Source: Halocafeteria seosinensis
Lineage: Eukaryota
DNA: 64,000 nucleotides
NCBI GenBank assembly: GCA_001687465.1
Contig: LVLI01000939.1
Coordinates: forward strand, 1 to 64,000
Direction: 5' to 3'
Positions 21,381 through 33,756 of the stretch are shown piece after piece. Under the pieces are notes generated by a model. That model was not told the DNA's origin and did not search any database. It worked only from the letters and a program-made list of their open reading frames with translations. Numbering within the stretch: the first letter of the stretch is position 1; each line of letters begins with the position of its first letter. The position numbers and the translations under genes are program-made.

Positions 21381-24111
21381 CTATTCAGCCGAATACTGTT
21401 CAGCAAGTGCGACAGCTGTCATTTCGTCTTCGTGTTGTCCCAAGACGGTTTGCAATCTCTCGCGTTGATCCAGAAACGTTTCCATCAGTTTCGCGGACCT
21501 ATTTTCAATTGAGTCGCTCGCAGCGCAAGCACTGGCACCCGATTCTTCTTCATTAGGTTCGTTCAAGAGACTGCTCCGCTGTTCCTCGTCGGTAGCTGCC
21601 TGCATCGTATTCTCCAAGTATTTGTATGCGACGAAGGCTTCGCATCGCAGTAGCTGCCAAATCAAGTTCTTTAGATAAGTAGATTTCCGATTACTCTTCT
21701 GTGCCTTGTCTAGGTGTTTCTCCATGAGTTTGATGAGCCGGGGAATGCTTTCTTGTTGATTCTCCTTTAGTACGTCCGAAGGCGGAATGATATCCGATCG
21801 CTCCTCTGGGAGTTCCCGTACAACCAAGACCTGGGCACCATAATCCCCGTATACTTTCACGCCCTGCTCCCAGAATGGAGGCACAGCGAGTTCCTCCTCC
21901 GAAGAGCCTAAGCGATCCAGTTTGCGGCGTATTGCTTCGATTAAACTCACAGGCTGTCGCTGCCCATGATGCGCTCCAAAATGTTGGATCCCTCGACTGT
22001 CGCTCCCCCTTTTTCGACGTCGTACGTCTCGCAGACGGTCAGTTAACATGAAAAAGTCATCTACTGGATTCATATGCAGCACTAAAGGGAAGCCTTCGAC
22101 CAGTTCTTTAATGTACCTTGCCAGACCCAGTTTCCGGTCTGCAATTACTTTAGGGTCTGTTCCTTTACTCCAAGTCTTGCGAGGAAGTGAGGGTAATTTC
22201 GATGGATCCACGCTCGATGTGTCTTTACCAAAATATTTCCGACTAGCCACATAGTCATCCAAAATATCATTTATTTCTTCATGGAGAGCGTCAAACTCTC
22301 TGTACCTCCGTGCAACCACCCATTCTCGTTTCGTGTTCGTTTCTGATGACTCTTCTTGGTCTTCATCTTGAGCTAAGTTCCATTGACATTGGATAATATA
22401 CGAAACATACTCTTTCTCGCTCTGAGGCTCTTTTTCTGTTTGAGCCCCATACATAGTGATACTCAGTATGCCCTGGTCGTACGGCACGTATGCAACCGGA
22501 TAGTTGTACAAGTACGAATGAGCGGTCTTTGCGGGGAGGCTACCGTGCTGCGTTTCTGTAGCTGCATTGGCACGTGCCTCTTGCAGCTTGCTGGCAATGC
22601 TGCTAGCAGGCTTAGTTCCTGAGTCATTACTCCTCATCTTCAAAGGAGCTTGTGCCTCCATCTGCGGTGATGCACTCTCCACGGATGTTGACATATTTTC
22701 ACGCTCTTCAGAAGCAGCAGAATGTTTTCGAACCTCTGCAGTGCCAGGTTTATCGTCTCTTGAAGTCTTACTTTCCGAATTTGATGTCGATGACGTCTTC
22801 GCAGCGGTTTTAACCGTCTCTTTCTTTGTTTCCTGTTGTTGCAAAGGGTCTTCAGCTGCTGCAGTCGTCGGTTGCTTGTGGCTTGTGCTAGCAGAAGCGG
22901 AGGACGACTTAGTGGTCCCAGAATCATGCACACTGGTAGATCCAGCACTGTGAGAGGCCCTTTCTGTAACCGGTACAGAGAGATCCTTGGACGTGGAACC
23001 GCTCTGCGATGTTTCCCAACGACTACTAGAGCCACCATGATCATACCGCCGAGGAGGCTCACGTTCCATGTGCTCCCGTGCCTGATTTTCGAGTTCCGCT
23101 CGTTTTTGTGCATGTATGCGAGATGCCTCACGAATAGCATCGAGAAGTTCTTTCTTCTTCTCTTCGCCGTTTTCGGATATGCGTGCTGGCACCGTTTCTG
23201 CTAAATATGGCATGAGCTGTTCCATGAATTGATACCGCTTTAATAGTATTTTCTTGCTCTCTTCCCGGGAAGGAGTCTCCGTAGATGCATATTTTGCATG
23301 CATTACCGTGGAGATCACTCCGTCAATATGATCATAATACTGTTTGGCAGATGACTTTCCCTTCCGAAACGACGATGATGCTTTCTTGATTCGTGAAAAT
23401 AGTTTCTGCGTGTCCACTTGCTCTTGGACAGACTCAAACAGTTCGGTTAGCATAGAGAACACCTGTATAGACTTTTAGAAGCTCTCAAAAAGCTGCATTT
23501 CCCCTCACCAACCTCGGACATGCACTCACCTCATCCTCCCTTTGCTCAAGGATGCGCTGCCTCGCGGCTGCTTCGTCTTCTTGCGGTTGAGTCTCTACTT
23601 CCTCAGCTTCGTCGTCGTTTTCTTCTTCGCGACCTGTTTCCACATGTTGTTGCTCTTGTCTGGTTCCATGAAATGCCACGTGTATGAACACTCAATACAG
23701 GGGAACATGGTTGCAACGATGCCAACCGTACCTGAGTTTGTTCACTTCTGTGGACGCATTCTCTCGTGCTGATTCCAGTTGAGACGTCACTTTGGACGTT
23801 TGTGCCGACCATGCTTCATCTTCCTCATCAACTGGAGGCGCTGCAGCAGCTACGCCAGCCCCTTCAGCAGAGGAAGACTGAGCCTCCAAGTTTTGGAGGA
23901 GAGCCTCTCTGTCCTCTAGTTCCACCTTTGGCCGGCGTCTATTTGCCTTGTTTTTGGACCTATTTCGTTTCTCTTGCGCTTTCTGTCGAGCCGCCCTTTG
24001 CTCTTCTATTACGCGTTTTTGCTCCTCCTCTAGCCTCTGTCTCTCTTTATCCTCCTCCTCCTCATCTTCCATGAGGGGATACTCAGCGTTTTCTTCTTGT
24101 TCATGTGACAT
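21381..24111 (-). CDS. PX (phox homology) domain protein, 3 exons
   Basis: EYVSYII...WVVARRYREFDALH...LPSLPRKTW...IADRKLGLARYIKEL is a PX domain. Acidic/coiled N-terminus joined through introns near 23660-23731 and 23463-23529. Confidence 0.85.
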
Positions 24112-24809
24112 GTTTTCTTTCTCGCCAACTAGAATCAACAAAATAAGCCAGAAGAATGGATATTCATGGACATACTGTTAACAACCCAACAGAATCCATT
24201 ACACGGTTTATGAGTCACTGTGTGAAAATTGGTTGGATCACAGTCAGTGACTTCTCACCCAAACGGTGTTCGGAGGAAGACAGTAGCGGGATTTCTTGCA
24301 AGGTTTGGCAAGTGTTTTTGAGTTTTGAGGGATTTTTTGTATACCGGTATTTTGGAATCTATACAGCACCCGCCCCAACGTCTTCTCAGAGATTGTGGAC
24401 GAAATGGCGTTGCAACTTGCAATCACCGTCAAGACTTGGCAACCGCGCATGTGGACTCTGCCGATCAGGAAAGAGTTCACACAGAGCATTGCCTTTCCTT
24501 AGAGAATTGCTTCTATACTTTCTATACTGGGATTCCAGTCTGGGAAGGACCTGTAGTACCGGAATCTCTAGAATGCTACTGTGCACATGGGCCACGGAAT
24601 TCATGAATGTCGGCTAACCGGTGTTATGGTGATGTAGACTTCTCAACACTTTTGCGTACTTTCACCGCATAAATCCTTAATATATTGCCTACGTGTGAAT
24701 GTCCATTACCCACGACTATGTGTAATGCCAGCTTTTTTCCTGACACAACGCTGTAGGCATGTACGTCCTGGCTGGAAACAGCAAGTACTAGCGCTATGGA
24801 TGCCTGAAT

Positions 24810-26837
24810 ATGCCCAAATTAAGTCTCAGTTACGTACAGTGAGTACCTTGATGGAAGTTGCCGCGCTTCCAGTTGCTCTGATTGCCGTAGTGTAGGCCAC
24901 CCGCAGGGTGGTATCCTGGCGACGGGTTGAAGCAAAAGCCTTGGGATGTATCCTCATGTTAGATACTTTAAAAATTTTTGAATTGGCAATACCGGTGCTA
25001 TACAAGAGGCGTGTGGTATTTTTACGAACATTGTCATTCGCTTGAGACTTGTTGAATTGGTTCTCAGTCATGGAATGGAGACAGAGAGACATCATGGAGG
25101 AGGAGTGGAACAACATCCCAGAGCAACACAAAGAACCACTCCGACAAGCAATTCAGATGGGCGCTTTTAATGTCGTAAGGAGTAAGTAATAACATGCACG
25201 TGTGTCCTGTCTAGAGGTTTGTTTTCGTTCCGTTGATTGGAGCCTCCATTCAATCTTCCTGTCTTGGCGACCCGCAGTGAACATCCCCATCCTTGACGAA
25301 TATAATCAAAGAGTGTGGTTTCTCGAAGAGCGAGATGGAACGCAGAGGCCTCAAAAGGGAAGTGGCTATGAGGTACGATCCGATTTCAAATATTGTTTAC
25401 TCTTTTCCGAAAACGGTACCTTAATTGCATAGCAACTCGATTCTTGATGCAGAGATGCATGGTATGTTACTCGACCCGTCAAAGGGCTTTGCATTTTGTC
25501 TGTAACAGTCCTGGAAATTGTCCCGGAGTGAATGGCCAAAATCAGAAAGCGAGTATTTGCTCCGATCCTGTGTGTCTAGACACTGCCAAACTGTCGTTTG
25601 AGTACAATTGTCCTCGTTGTTCGAGGAAGTGCTGCTGTGTGCCGCGGTCTGGAGAAACGGACTGGAGTCATAAACATCGCGACGATGTTGTTTGCCCTTG
25701 CCACATGAAGAATAACAAATTTGACAGCGATGGGGTAGTAGGGCTCCCATATACTCCAAAAGGAAATCTTATCAGTGGTCATCCAAAGAATCAGAACTCA
25801 GGTCAACCCGCACCTGGGCGGGCTCGTCAGAATGGAAGTGATCAGGACCATGTCCAACGTCTTTCCGAAGGCCTGTATGAACTCGACATAAGACAACAAG
25901 GACTTGAAGGTGAATTATTCAGGGTACGCGAGGAGAGTCAGGAAACGAGAAATTGGACGCGGGAGTTGGGACATAATGTCGAGCAAGTCCGAGGCGATGT
26001 TGACAACGTGAAATCGGTCGCAGATGCGAGTTTCAGCAAGCTGCAAGAAAGCGTTAGTGAGAATGATGTAGGCATACGAGACTGCCAACAGTCCGTACAA
26101 AGAGTTGGTAGTGTCGTGGCGCAACAAGGGGAGCAGCTCCATAGAATTCGAGAACTAATTGCTTCAGTGGACTTGCCAAAGAAACGCGCGTCGAGGTCGG
26201 AAATCCGGCATCACATTCAGCAGATAATCTGCGAGGGGCCCACCAAGGAAGCAATGGCGAAACTTCCTCGCTTCCGTCTCGATGGGGATACATTAGGAGC
26301 TAAAATAATGGCACAGCTCCAAATGGTAGAGGAAGAGCGGAAATATTCAGATGATTTCTATGAGTTGAAGAAGTATGTTGGAAAGGCGGCCGCCGACTTG
26401 GTCAGACTGACCACTGACGTGATTCCCGACTTCTTGGAGGAAGAGAAAGTAAAGCTAGCAAAAGAACTTGCTATTCGAAGCATGTATGTGGGCGGTGAAT
26501 ATGGAGAACAAGTACGTGGAGTTGTGTATAGTGTAAGCGCCTTACACTCATTCGCCATTTCTGTCTGCAGTCATTGTTATCTGTTTTGGCCAGTGCGAAC
26601 CAATTGGCTCAGCTGGTCGGCTGCGGGCCTGTTCCGGAACTGGACTATTTCGCTGACACCCAAGCATTTCAAGACGTGTATAATGGTAAGTGAAACCGTT
26701 GTACTTTCAAATATATAAGTTACAGCAACGTGGACAATGTCGCAGGGAGAGTGGAAGCGGAAGCTCATGATGAGGGCAACGATGACTTAGCGGCTAGTGA
26801 CCTACAGCCTGCTAGTTTTGTTCAAGAAAATGGCTAG
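24810..26837 (+). CDS. Cys-rich zinc-finger (zf-4CXXC_R1/RING-like) plus coiled-coil protein, multi-exon; 5' exons tentative
   Basis: Main exon about 25453-26511 reads RCMVC...C....C...ICSDPVCL...CPRCSRKCCC...H.H...CPCH, then a heptad coiled coil. Frame-preserving GT-AG introns link upstream exons (MEWRQRD..., NIPILDEY...GSGYE) and downstream exons to TAG at 26837. Confidence 0.65.
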
Positions 26838-27552
26838 ATACCGCAAGTTACCTCTTTCGCCATTACTTGCGTAAGAACTCCTGCTACTTGGTACTGAATG
26901 CTTCCCATGGTACCTTGTTGGTGCACGAATATAGCCCGTAGTTTAAGCTAAACGGGCTTTCGATATTGTATAAAGCTAGTCAACCGAATGTATCAAAGTT
27001 CGTGAACAAGAACTTGCTTGCTTTCAGCCAAATTACCATCCATGTACCCCCTTGTCAAGTGCTAGTACTGTGCTACTGATGGTAGCATTAAGAATTTGGG
27101 ATTACCTTCGAAAAAAGAATTAAACAAGATAGGTTTTCCTTCAAATATTCAACCAAATACCGGTAACTTTTTGTAATGATTCTACGGGGGAATACTTCAT
27201 GGAGGATCCGGACTCCCTATAAACTCGTTAGGGGAGTATTTCCCTATAACCACATGAATATACAATAAATAAAATGACTTTTTGTTGGTGACTGTAGGTG
27301 ATCTTCACAAATGAAATCGCAATGTCCTCCCTACGTCCTCTTGACAGGACTTTAAAGCTCGTTCAGGTTTGTTAGGCTGTATAATGGCTCATATGCCACT
27401 CTATAATGGGGTCACGGAATGAATTTGCGTTCCATGGGTGTACTTGCACAGTGGAGGAAAAAAAGCTACCCAAATCCGGTTGAGTATCACCAAGGAAGCG
27501 CCACAGAACATCACTTTCGATACTACAGGCCGTGCTCTCGAGCAAGTACAAA

Positions 27553-29313
27553 ATGGCGAAAACGATTGTTATGAAAATTACATGGACGAACACGGAGATT
27601 TCCCTTGGATGCATTGGAGTAGCGTTTGGTATCTTGTTCACGTGGATCTTGTGGAGATTTTCCCGTTTGGGGCTTGTCACCTTATCCCATCGATTCAGGT
27701 TTCTAATCTTTCTTCTGGGACAAGTCTTTGTCCGTGGATTATGTTCTTTCATTGGAGTCGGCGAAGCTGAGTATGCACAGCATGATCCGAATTCGATATT
27801 GCCGTTCTTTCTGTTCGATGTTGCCGATCTCATACTCATTAGCAGCGTCCTGGCATTAGTGGGTGCTCAAGTTCGGAATGTTGTGAGTTGCGAGTTACTG
27901 GTAAGTCCGTTCCCCGGGGGTCGTATTGATGAAGCTTTAGTAGACTCTATCAAAGATGTTTCTCTGATCTCGAAACAGGTTGAAAAGAGAGTTGTAGAGC
28001 GGACGATCCACACCGCGCGACGACCTCGACAACATTCCCAAACTCTACTTGGAGGACCCAGGTTTGACAGGTTTTTCCCCAGTGGCTTTCAGTGTCGACC
28101 GGAATCTACTGAATATGTTAGTTTTGTTGTATTTTTGCTTGTTTTGGGTCTGTCAATTGCGTATACCACAATGGTTGGCTATATCTATCACTTCGTCGAA
28201 GACGGCAAGAAACGCCACTCGGACGAGCAGCTCTTCTTCATTGTCGTCTACGCAGTTTCATTAGTCTTGCTTGTCATCTCAACTTACGCTGAACAAGCGA
28301 GTGGATGCTTAAGACTCTGTGAACATCAGGACGATTCGAGTAACGAGAATCACAGTTTGAACACTCGCCCCGACGCTCAACCGTCTGAGGCTCCCGGCGA
28401 CACTGGAGGGAATGCGGCTTATAAGGTAGGGGAGAATAACACCACTTACGGAAAGAAGCAATTGTGGTTCTCCATTCTGCTAATTGCCCTGCTTGTTTTT
28501 AGAATAATATGGGCAGTGAGTCAACTGGTCAAGAAACGTGCCAACGAATTCCGAAACGACTGGTACTGGCTTGTCGTTGAATATGCTGTGGAAATTTTTC
28601 TACTTACTTTATTATTCGCTTTGCTTCTCTGTGGGAAAGAAAAGATGGTCCACGGTTCATACCGGAAAGAGGACCCGTACTTTATTCTTCATGTAAGTGG
28701 GATTTGTTAGCAATTATCAACTGTCAGTTTAGGTTTCGACGCTTATTCGCATTCGCAGCTTGTCTATCAATTTTGTGATGAAAACTCATCTGAAATTGAT
28801 CTGTCATTTGATTTGGAAGGAAGCGGCGTGTTTGTGCACTACTCTGTTAGTGTAAACCAGATCCTCCGACTGATGGCGACTACTACCAGTCCTGTCGTGT
28901 GTCAAATGGAGCGCACGCATCAAGGCACCGATAGGACATCGTATGGCCAACCCGATACATCGCTTAATCGACTTGAGTCACAGTTTAGCCAGTTGGTACA
29001 GAGGCTTGAACCCCAAAACACGGCTTATGCAAATGGCGAGCATCGGCAGCATGAGAGCGAACAGCCCGAACTACGCGATACAATCAACAAAATCTTTGAA
29101 AAACTCGAGTGGCTGACGAAACAGCAGCGTGAATCCAGAGAACGAGTACGTGGACTCAAGGTAACCGCCAGACAAATTTTGAATTTAACGCAAAGCACGT
29201 TCGATAAGGTCGACGAGCAGCAGCATGTCGTCTCTCCAAGATGCCAGACAAATTTTGAATTCGACACAAAGCGGGTCGACGAGCAGCAGCATGCCGTCTC
29301 TCTAAGAACATGA
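27553..29313 (+). CDS. Seven-TM protein, TOM1/THH1/GPR137-like, paralogue A
   Basis: Seven hydrophobic segments; motifs SHRF, RGLCSFIGVG, LPFFLFD, GAQVRNV, EYAVE, DPY. Intron 28693-28758 leads to a coiled-coil tail. Short upstream exons from about 27322 are possible. Confidence 0.75.
29167..29307 (+). repeat. Imperfect tandem duplication (76 + 65 nt) in the last exon of 7-TM paralogue A
   Basis: gccagacaaattttgaatt...caaagc...ggtcgacgagcagcagcatgYcgtctctc occurs at 29167 and 29243. Confidence 0.9.
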
Positions 29314-29566
29314 CGCTGCCGGTATAATTAATGATGTACAATGCTTTTTTCAATGACCTGCCAATCTAGGACACAGTTTCACTTACTTTATGATTTGCGT
29401 GCTCTTTTCGTCAACTGTGGGTTTCGAGTCATCTGACCAATACCGGTACCCTTCAGCTCGTCTGCCACAACGACACTCGCCCTCGGTTTGTGTGTTCCGC
29501 GCTTCCAAGTACGATGCATGGTAGATAGTGTTCTTTGGCTCCTTCTAAGGAAGGATAAATGAGTGG

Positions 29567-31038
29567 ATGCCTGGAATATTCTCCGGTACAGTGACTAGTA
29601 TATCCTTGTCGGAGATGGTCAACCCGAAGGAGGATGTCTTGGACTTTAGCAAGACCGAGATAACCCTCATGGTGCTGGGGAGTCTCTATAGCGTGCTGTG
29701 TATGGTGATCTTGTTCATGGTTGCTCGGAACGAGGATATCATCGCTGTATCCCATAGATTCAGGTGAGTGCACGGAGTGGAACGCTGCTAATGAGATTCC
29801 CCTTCGTACATGAGAGCTTCTTGACGCAGGTATGCCTTCTTTATGGTCGCCACGGTGTTCGCCCGTGCTCTGTGTTGTTTCATTGGAGTGGGAGAAGCTC
29901 AGTATGCTCGTGGAGGGGAAAGTCTTCTGCCGTTCCTCATCTTTGAAATACCCAACCTAATGACTCTGGTGGGAGCTTTATCGCTGGCTGGAGCTCAGAT
30001 CCGGAACGTTTTGGCGTGTAGCCACTTGCGTAATGACGGTATAATTACGAACCAAGGATATAGTAATAGACAGGAGGGAGAAGAACCTGCGGTACAGGCC
30101 ATAAATGTTGACGATTGGTCAAGTCGAACAAGTAGCCGCCAGCCGTTGTTAAGCAAAGCAGTCAAGGGAGTAACAGACTTCTGCATACCTTCCGTCACCT
30201 GTTGTAAAAGACGGCCGTCAGTGGCCCAGCTGATTTATGTTCTCTCGTTTCTGCTATGTGTGGGCTACTTCGTCTTGACTGTTGTACTCTACACACGGGT
30301 CCCCGATGGAAAGAAACGGAACTCAGCTGAACAGCTCTTCTTTGCTGCCTTTAACGCTGTTACTTTGGCGGTTCTGACTACTACAATGGTGCTAGAATAT
30401 TTCAGTGGGTGCTTAACTCTTATTCCGCGGAAAGGCCGACCGAACCTCTACTCTGCGACGAGAACAGAGTATGCCCAACATCAGCATGAAATATCGCTTG
30501 TGATAATATTGCTTCTAGGTTATCACGTAGGGTGGGCATTGGGTCTTTTTGCGCGAGGAACCGAAAACGAGTTCGCAAATCCTTACTACTTTCTAATTAT
30601 TGAGTACGGGGTGGAGTTTGTTTTGATTACGTGGTTTTTCGCCAAACTCAACAAGGTCATTCACGGTCCATTCAATATAAAGGATCCAATTTACTTAGAG
30701 AAAGTAAGTCATCCATATCACTGTTCCGTATGGGGGTTTGTATAGTGTAATGTTTGCTTGTACTTTTCTCGCAGCTCTTCAACAACTTTCAGGCCGGTGA
30801 TGGCACTGCGCGCCCCCACAGTGAAGCCAAGAGGGGTATACGGCTCACTATAAAACTGAAACGAAGAGATGCAGAACAGTCACAAAATTACCAAGTTGAG
30901 GTCGTGGATCTTCTCGAGCTCCAACAACTGTTACACCAGACCACAGCTATGCATCTGGATCGCGAGACTACTTTCGCGGCTGACGCATCTGGCACAGTAC
31001 TGTCGGTGGACCAGCTCGTCCCAACCACCGAATCATAG
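29567..31038 (+). CDS. Seven-TM protein, TOM1/THH1/GPR137-like, paralogue B, 3 exons
   Basis: SHRFR|YAFF, RALCCFIGVG, LPFLIFEIP, GAQIRNV, EYGVE, DPIY. Introns 29764-29829 and 30704-30774. Confidence 0.8.
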
Positions 31039-31357
31039 AGTTGAATCGTTCACAGTTCTTTGTACAGCCAATAACTCATACCAAATCCCAGGGTGTTGTG
31101 TAAGGTGTCCATTCGCAAGCCCAGTGTTGGTTGGCGGCGGGAGTCAGGCGGGGTCAGCCAAACCCCCAAGGTTTACTTCAACCGTCTCTCCAGAGGCCCT
31201 GTCAGTTCGCTCCTTCTTATAACGCGTTTTCAGTGATGGTTGCCATTTTGAAACGTCCCACACGCAGTTATCCGGAACATACAATGAAAGCACTAACCAA
31301 TTTGCCTGTGTACATCGATGAAGTAGCGCACAGAATGGTTGCGACGTGCGTGTAACC

Positions 31358-31374
31358 AAAAAAAAAAAAAAAAA
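31358..31374. repeat. Poly(A) tract (about 17 nt) between 7-TM paralogues B and C
   Basis: Homopolymer run seen directly. Confidence 0.9.
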
Positions 31375-31439
31375 GTAAACCCAGTCCTTTATACACCCGT
31401 TTTCCTTGGTCGATGAGGAATCATCGTGTATCATCCGAT

Positions 31440-33041
31440 ATGAACGATAAACAGGACGTATTGCTGGCCTTGGCGCTGGCGTACACGCTCTTATGTAAGT
31501 GCTCTGCACTTACGTTTTCCCTTCGATTGCAGGTGGGTTTACGGTCTTTATTGTATGCAAAACAGGCGTGGCTGTGATATTTTTCGGAGCTCAGAAGGGC
31601 ATTGGGACTCTGTCCCATCGATTTCATTATTCACAGTTTCTGCTCGTGGCATCGTTTATACGGGGATTGAATTTTTTCGTTGGCATTGGGGTTTGCGGGC
31701 AGATTCCCAGTGATTCGTGGTTGGCCTTTTTCTTGTTCGATATCGGCACATTATTGATGCTCGTGAGCATCATTGTGCTAATCGGATCTCAAATTCGGAA
31801 TGTGAAAGCAATTCGAGCTCTCAAAGAAATTGGAGTCTTGAGGCCTTCAGAGACGGGGAGAACTCATGGACTTTCCCTGACAGACAGACTCCTGACCCAG
31901 GAAAATCAGGTAGATAAAGATGGCGCCGTTGCCGTTCCCAAACCTTCTACAGAAGTTCATTATCGGAAAACCAGTTTGGCAATATTTGCCGCATCATCGG
32001 TGATGGTCCTCACCTATTTTATTTTGGCGGTCCTCCTGTACAACCTCACTGACACTCCAGAACAGCGGAAAGACGCTATCAGTTTCTACTTCGTCGCCGT
32101 GAATGCAATTTTGGCTGTCATCCTCGCTCTTTCGACTCAATTCGAGCGCATGAATGGATGTTTTGACGTCAACGTTAACCGGCATCACAGTCATCAATTC
32201 TTTTGGAGGCAGACCAGCGTCAATAGCGACAGGTTTCCGAGCAAGTTGTACGATGAAGATGGGTTTGCGTCTTGGTGCACAACCTACGCCGGTAAACAAA
32301 TACTTCTTTCGACTGTTTTGATAATTTTTTGTCTGTATCGGGTTATTTGGTACGCTGTGCTGTTGAATAGTGGCTACCGCAGCGAGATGGAGGAGCCTTA
32401 TAAATACTTGATTGCGGATTATGGGGTAGAATTTTTCTTCCTGGTGTTAGTCTTTCTCCTCTTGCATCGAACAGCGCACAGTTGTTTCAGTTCTAGAGAT
32501 CCCTTCTATATGCTGTCGGTAAGTGCACACTACCTGCTAGAAGTTTGACACAAGCGCTCCTACTCCGCATGTCACTTCGCAGATATACCAAAAGCTAACA
32601 TCCCCGAACATTCAAATGCATGTTAGCGAAGGAGGATGGGTAGGAGTCAATTTCGGTAAGCAGCAAGAAATGCCCCCCGTGAAAAGAGAGGATCGGGATA
32701 AATCCAAGGAGAGCAGTGCCCCTGAGACGAATGGATTCATTCCCGAAAAGGACGGTGAAGAGGCAGAGGAGTACGAGAGGGACGATCGAATCGTGTCAAA
32801 CAGCAGTCATATATCTCAGTCACAACGACGAGAACTCAGCTTCGCCGTGGTTCAACGTCTAATGAGTACAATGAACTACATGCTAACTGATGCGGTTCAA
32901 GAGCGAGTTGATGAGAGTCTTAACGAACACCTGAGCAATTTCTACATGCGTTTTGATGATATAGAGAGTGAACAAGCAGGCCTTCGGTACGCTTTGAGTC
33001 CTGAAGAACACCACAGAAACGTCACTCTTGACCTGAAGTGA
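31440..33041 (+). CDS. Seven-TM protein, TOM1/THH1/GPR137-like, paralogue C, 3 exons
   Basis: MNDKQDVLLALALAYTLL|CVAVIFF...SHRF, RGLNFFVGIG, LAFFLFD, GSQIRNV, DYGVE, DPFY. Introns 31495-31565 and 32519-32582; alternative in-frame ATG at 31413. Confidence 0.8.
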
Positions 33042-33100
33042 ACGTGTGCGCTAAAACACCACGGAAACGTCACTCTTGATCTGAAGTGAGCTTGTGCGCT
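33007..33100 (+). repeat. 48-nt-period tandem duplication spanning the stop codon of 7-TM paralogue C
   Basis: aacaccacRgaaacgtcactcttgaYctgaagtga...tgtgcgct at 33007 and 33055. Confidence 0.92.
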
Positions 33101-33756
33101 CGTCAGGAGCTTCAATATGCTGTTCCCTATTGGATATCGGAACTAGAACGTAAATTCCTGTCAATGGTGTTTTCTTCCCTATAGAGACACATAAACACTG
33201 AATGTTTGTTTGTCTGATGGAAGGAAAACTGGTCCAGTAACAGCTGCAGATATGCATACGTTCCTCAGTTCAACACCGAGTCTTCTGTCGACTCCATGAA
33301 GTCAGCGTACACCTAGCTATCAAAGAGCTTACAACCGCTAGCGTCTAGTGGGTTGTGACTCAACTTGTGAGCATCCTATGAGAAGACGTTTTCCGTCAAG
33401 CGTCAAGCAGTGTTACTTCGGCCAGTCGTCCACAACCAGTGTTGCATTGGTAGAAGTCCTCTGACGCAGAGAGGCTCTGGCACGTTTTCCCTTGTATCAC
33501 TTCCCACTTCACTGCCCTGGCACTGGCAGCTGCCGCGATCTTCCGCATCTGTCCGGTGCGGGGGTCCTTGCACACGCTTGGTGACAAAATGACAACATTT
33601 TCTAGGTTTGTACAGTTAGATATAGTAGGTACAGTAGAGTACGGAGATTTTTCATTCATTGTGCAAAGTGTATGGAGTAGAGTGTATCCGACACGTCAGA
33701 AGGACGACGGTTAGAGCCCATCCCGGTGGATTTTCTTCCATTGCACGTTCCCTGTG

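Noticed and set aside
29167..33100. Direct repeats as a CRISPR-like array
   Set aside because: Only two adjacent copies each, no spacers, no cas genes, eukaryotic context.
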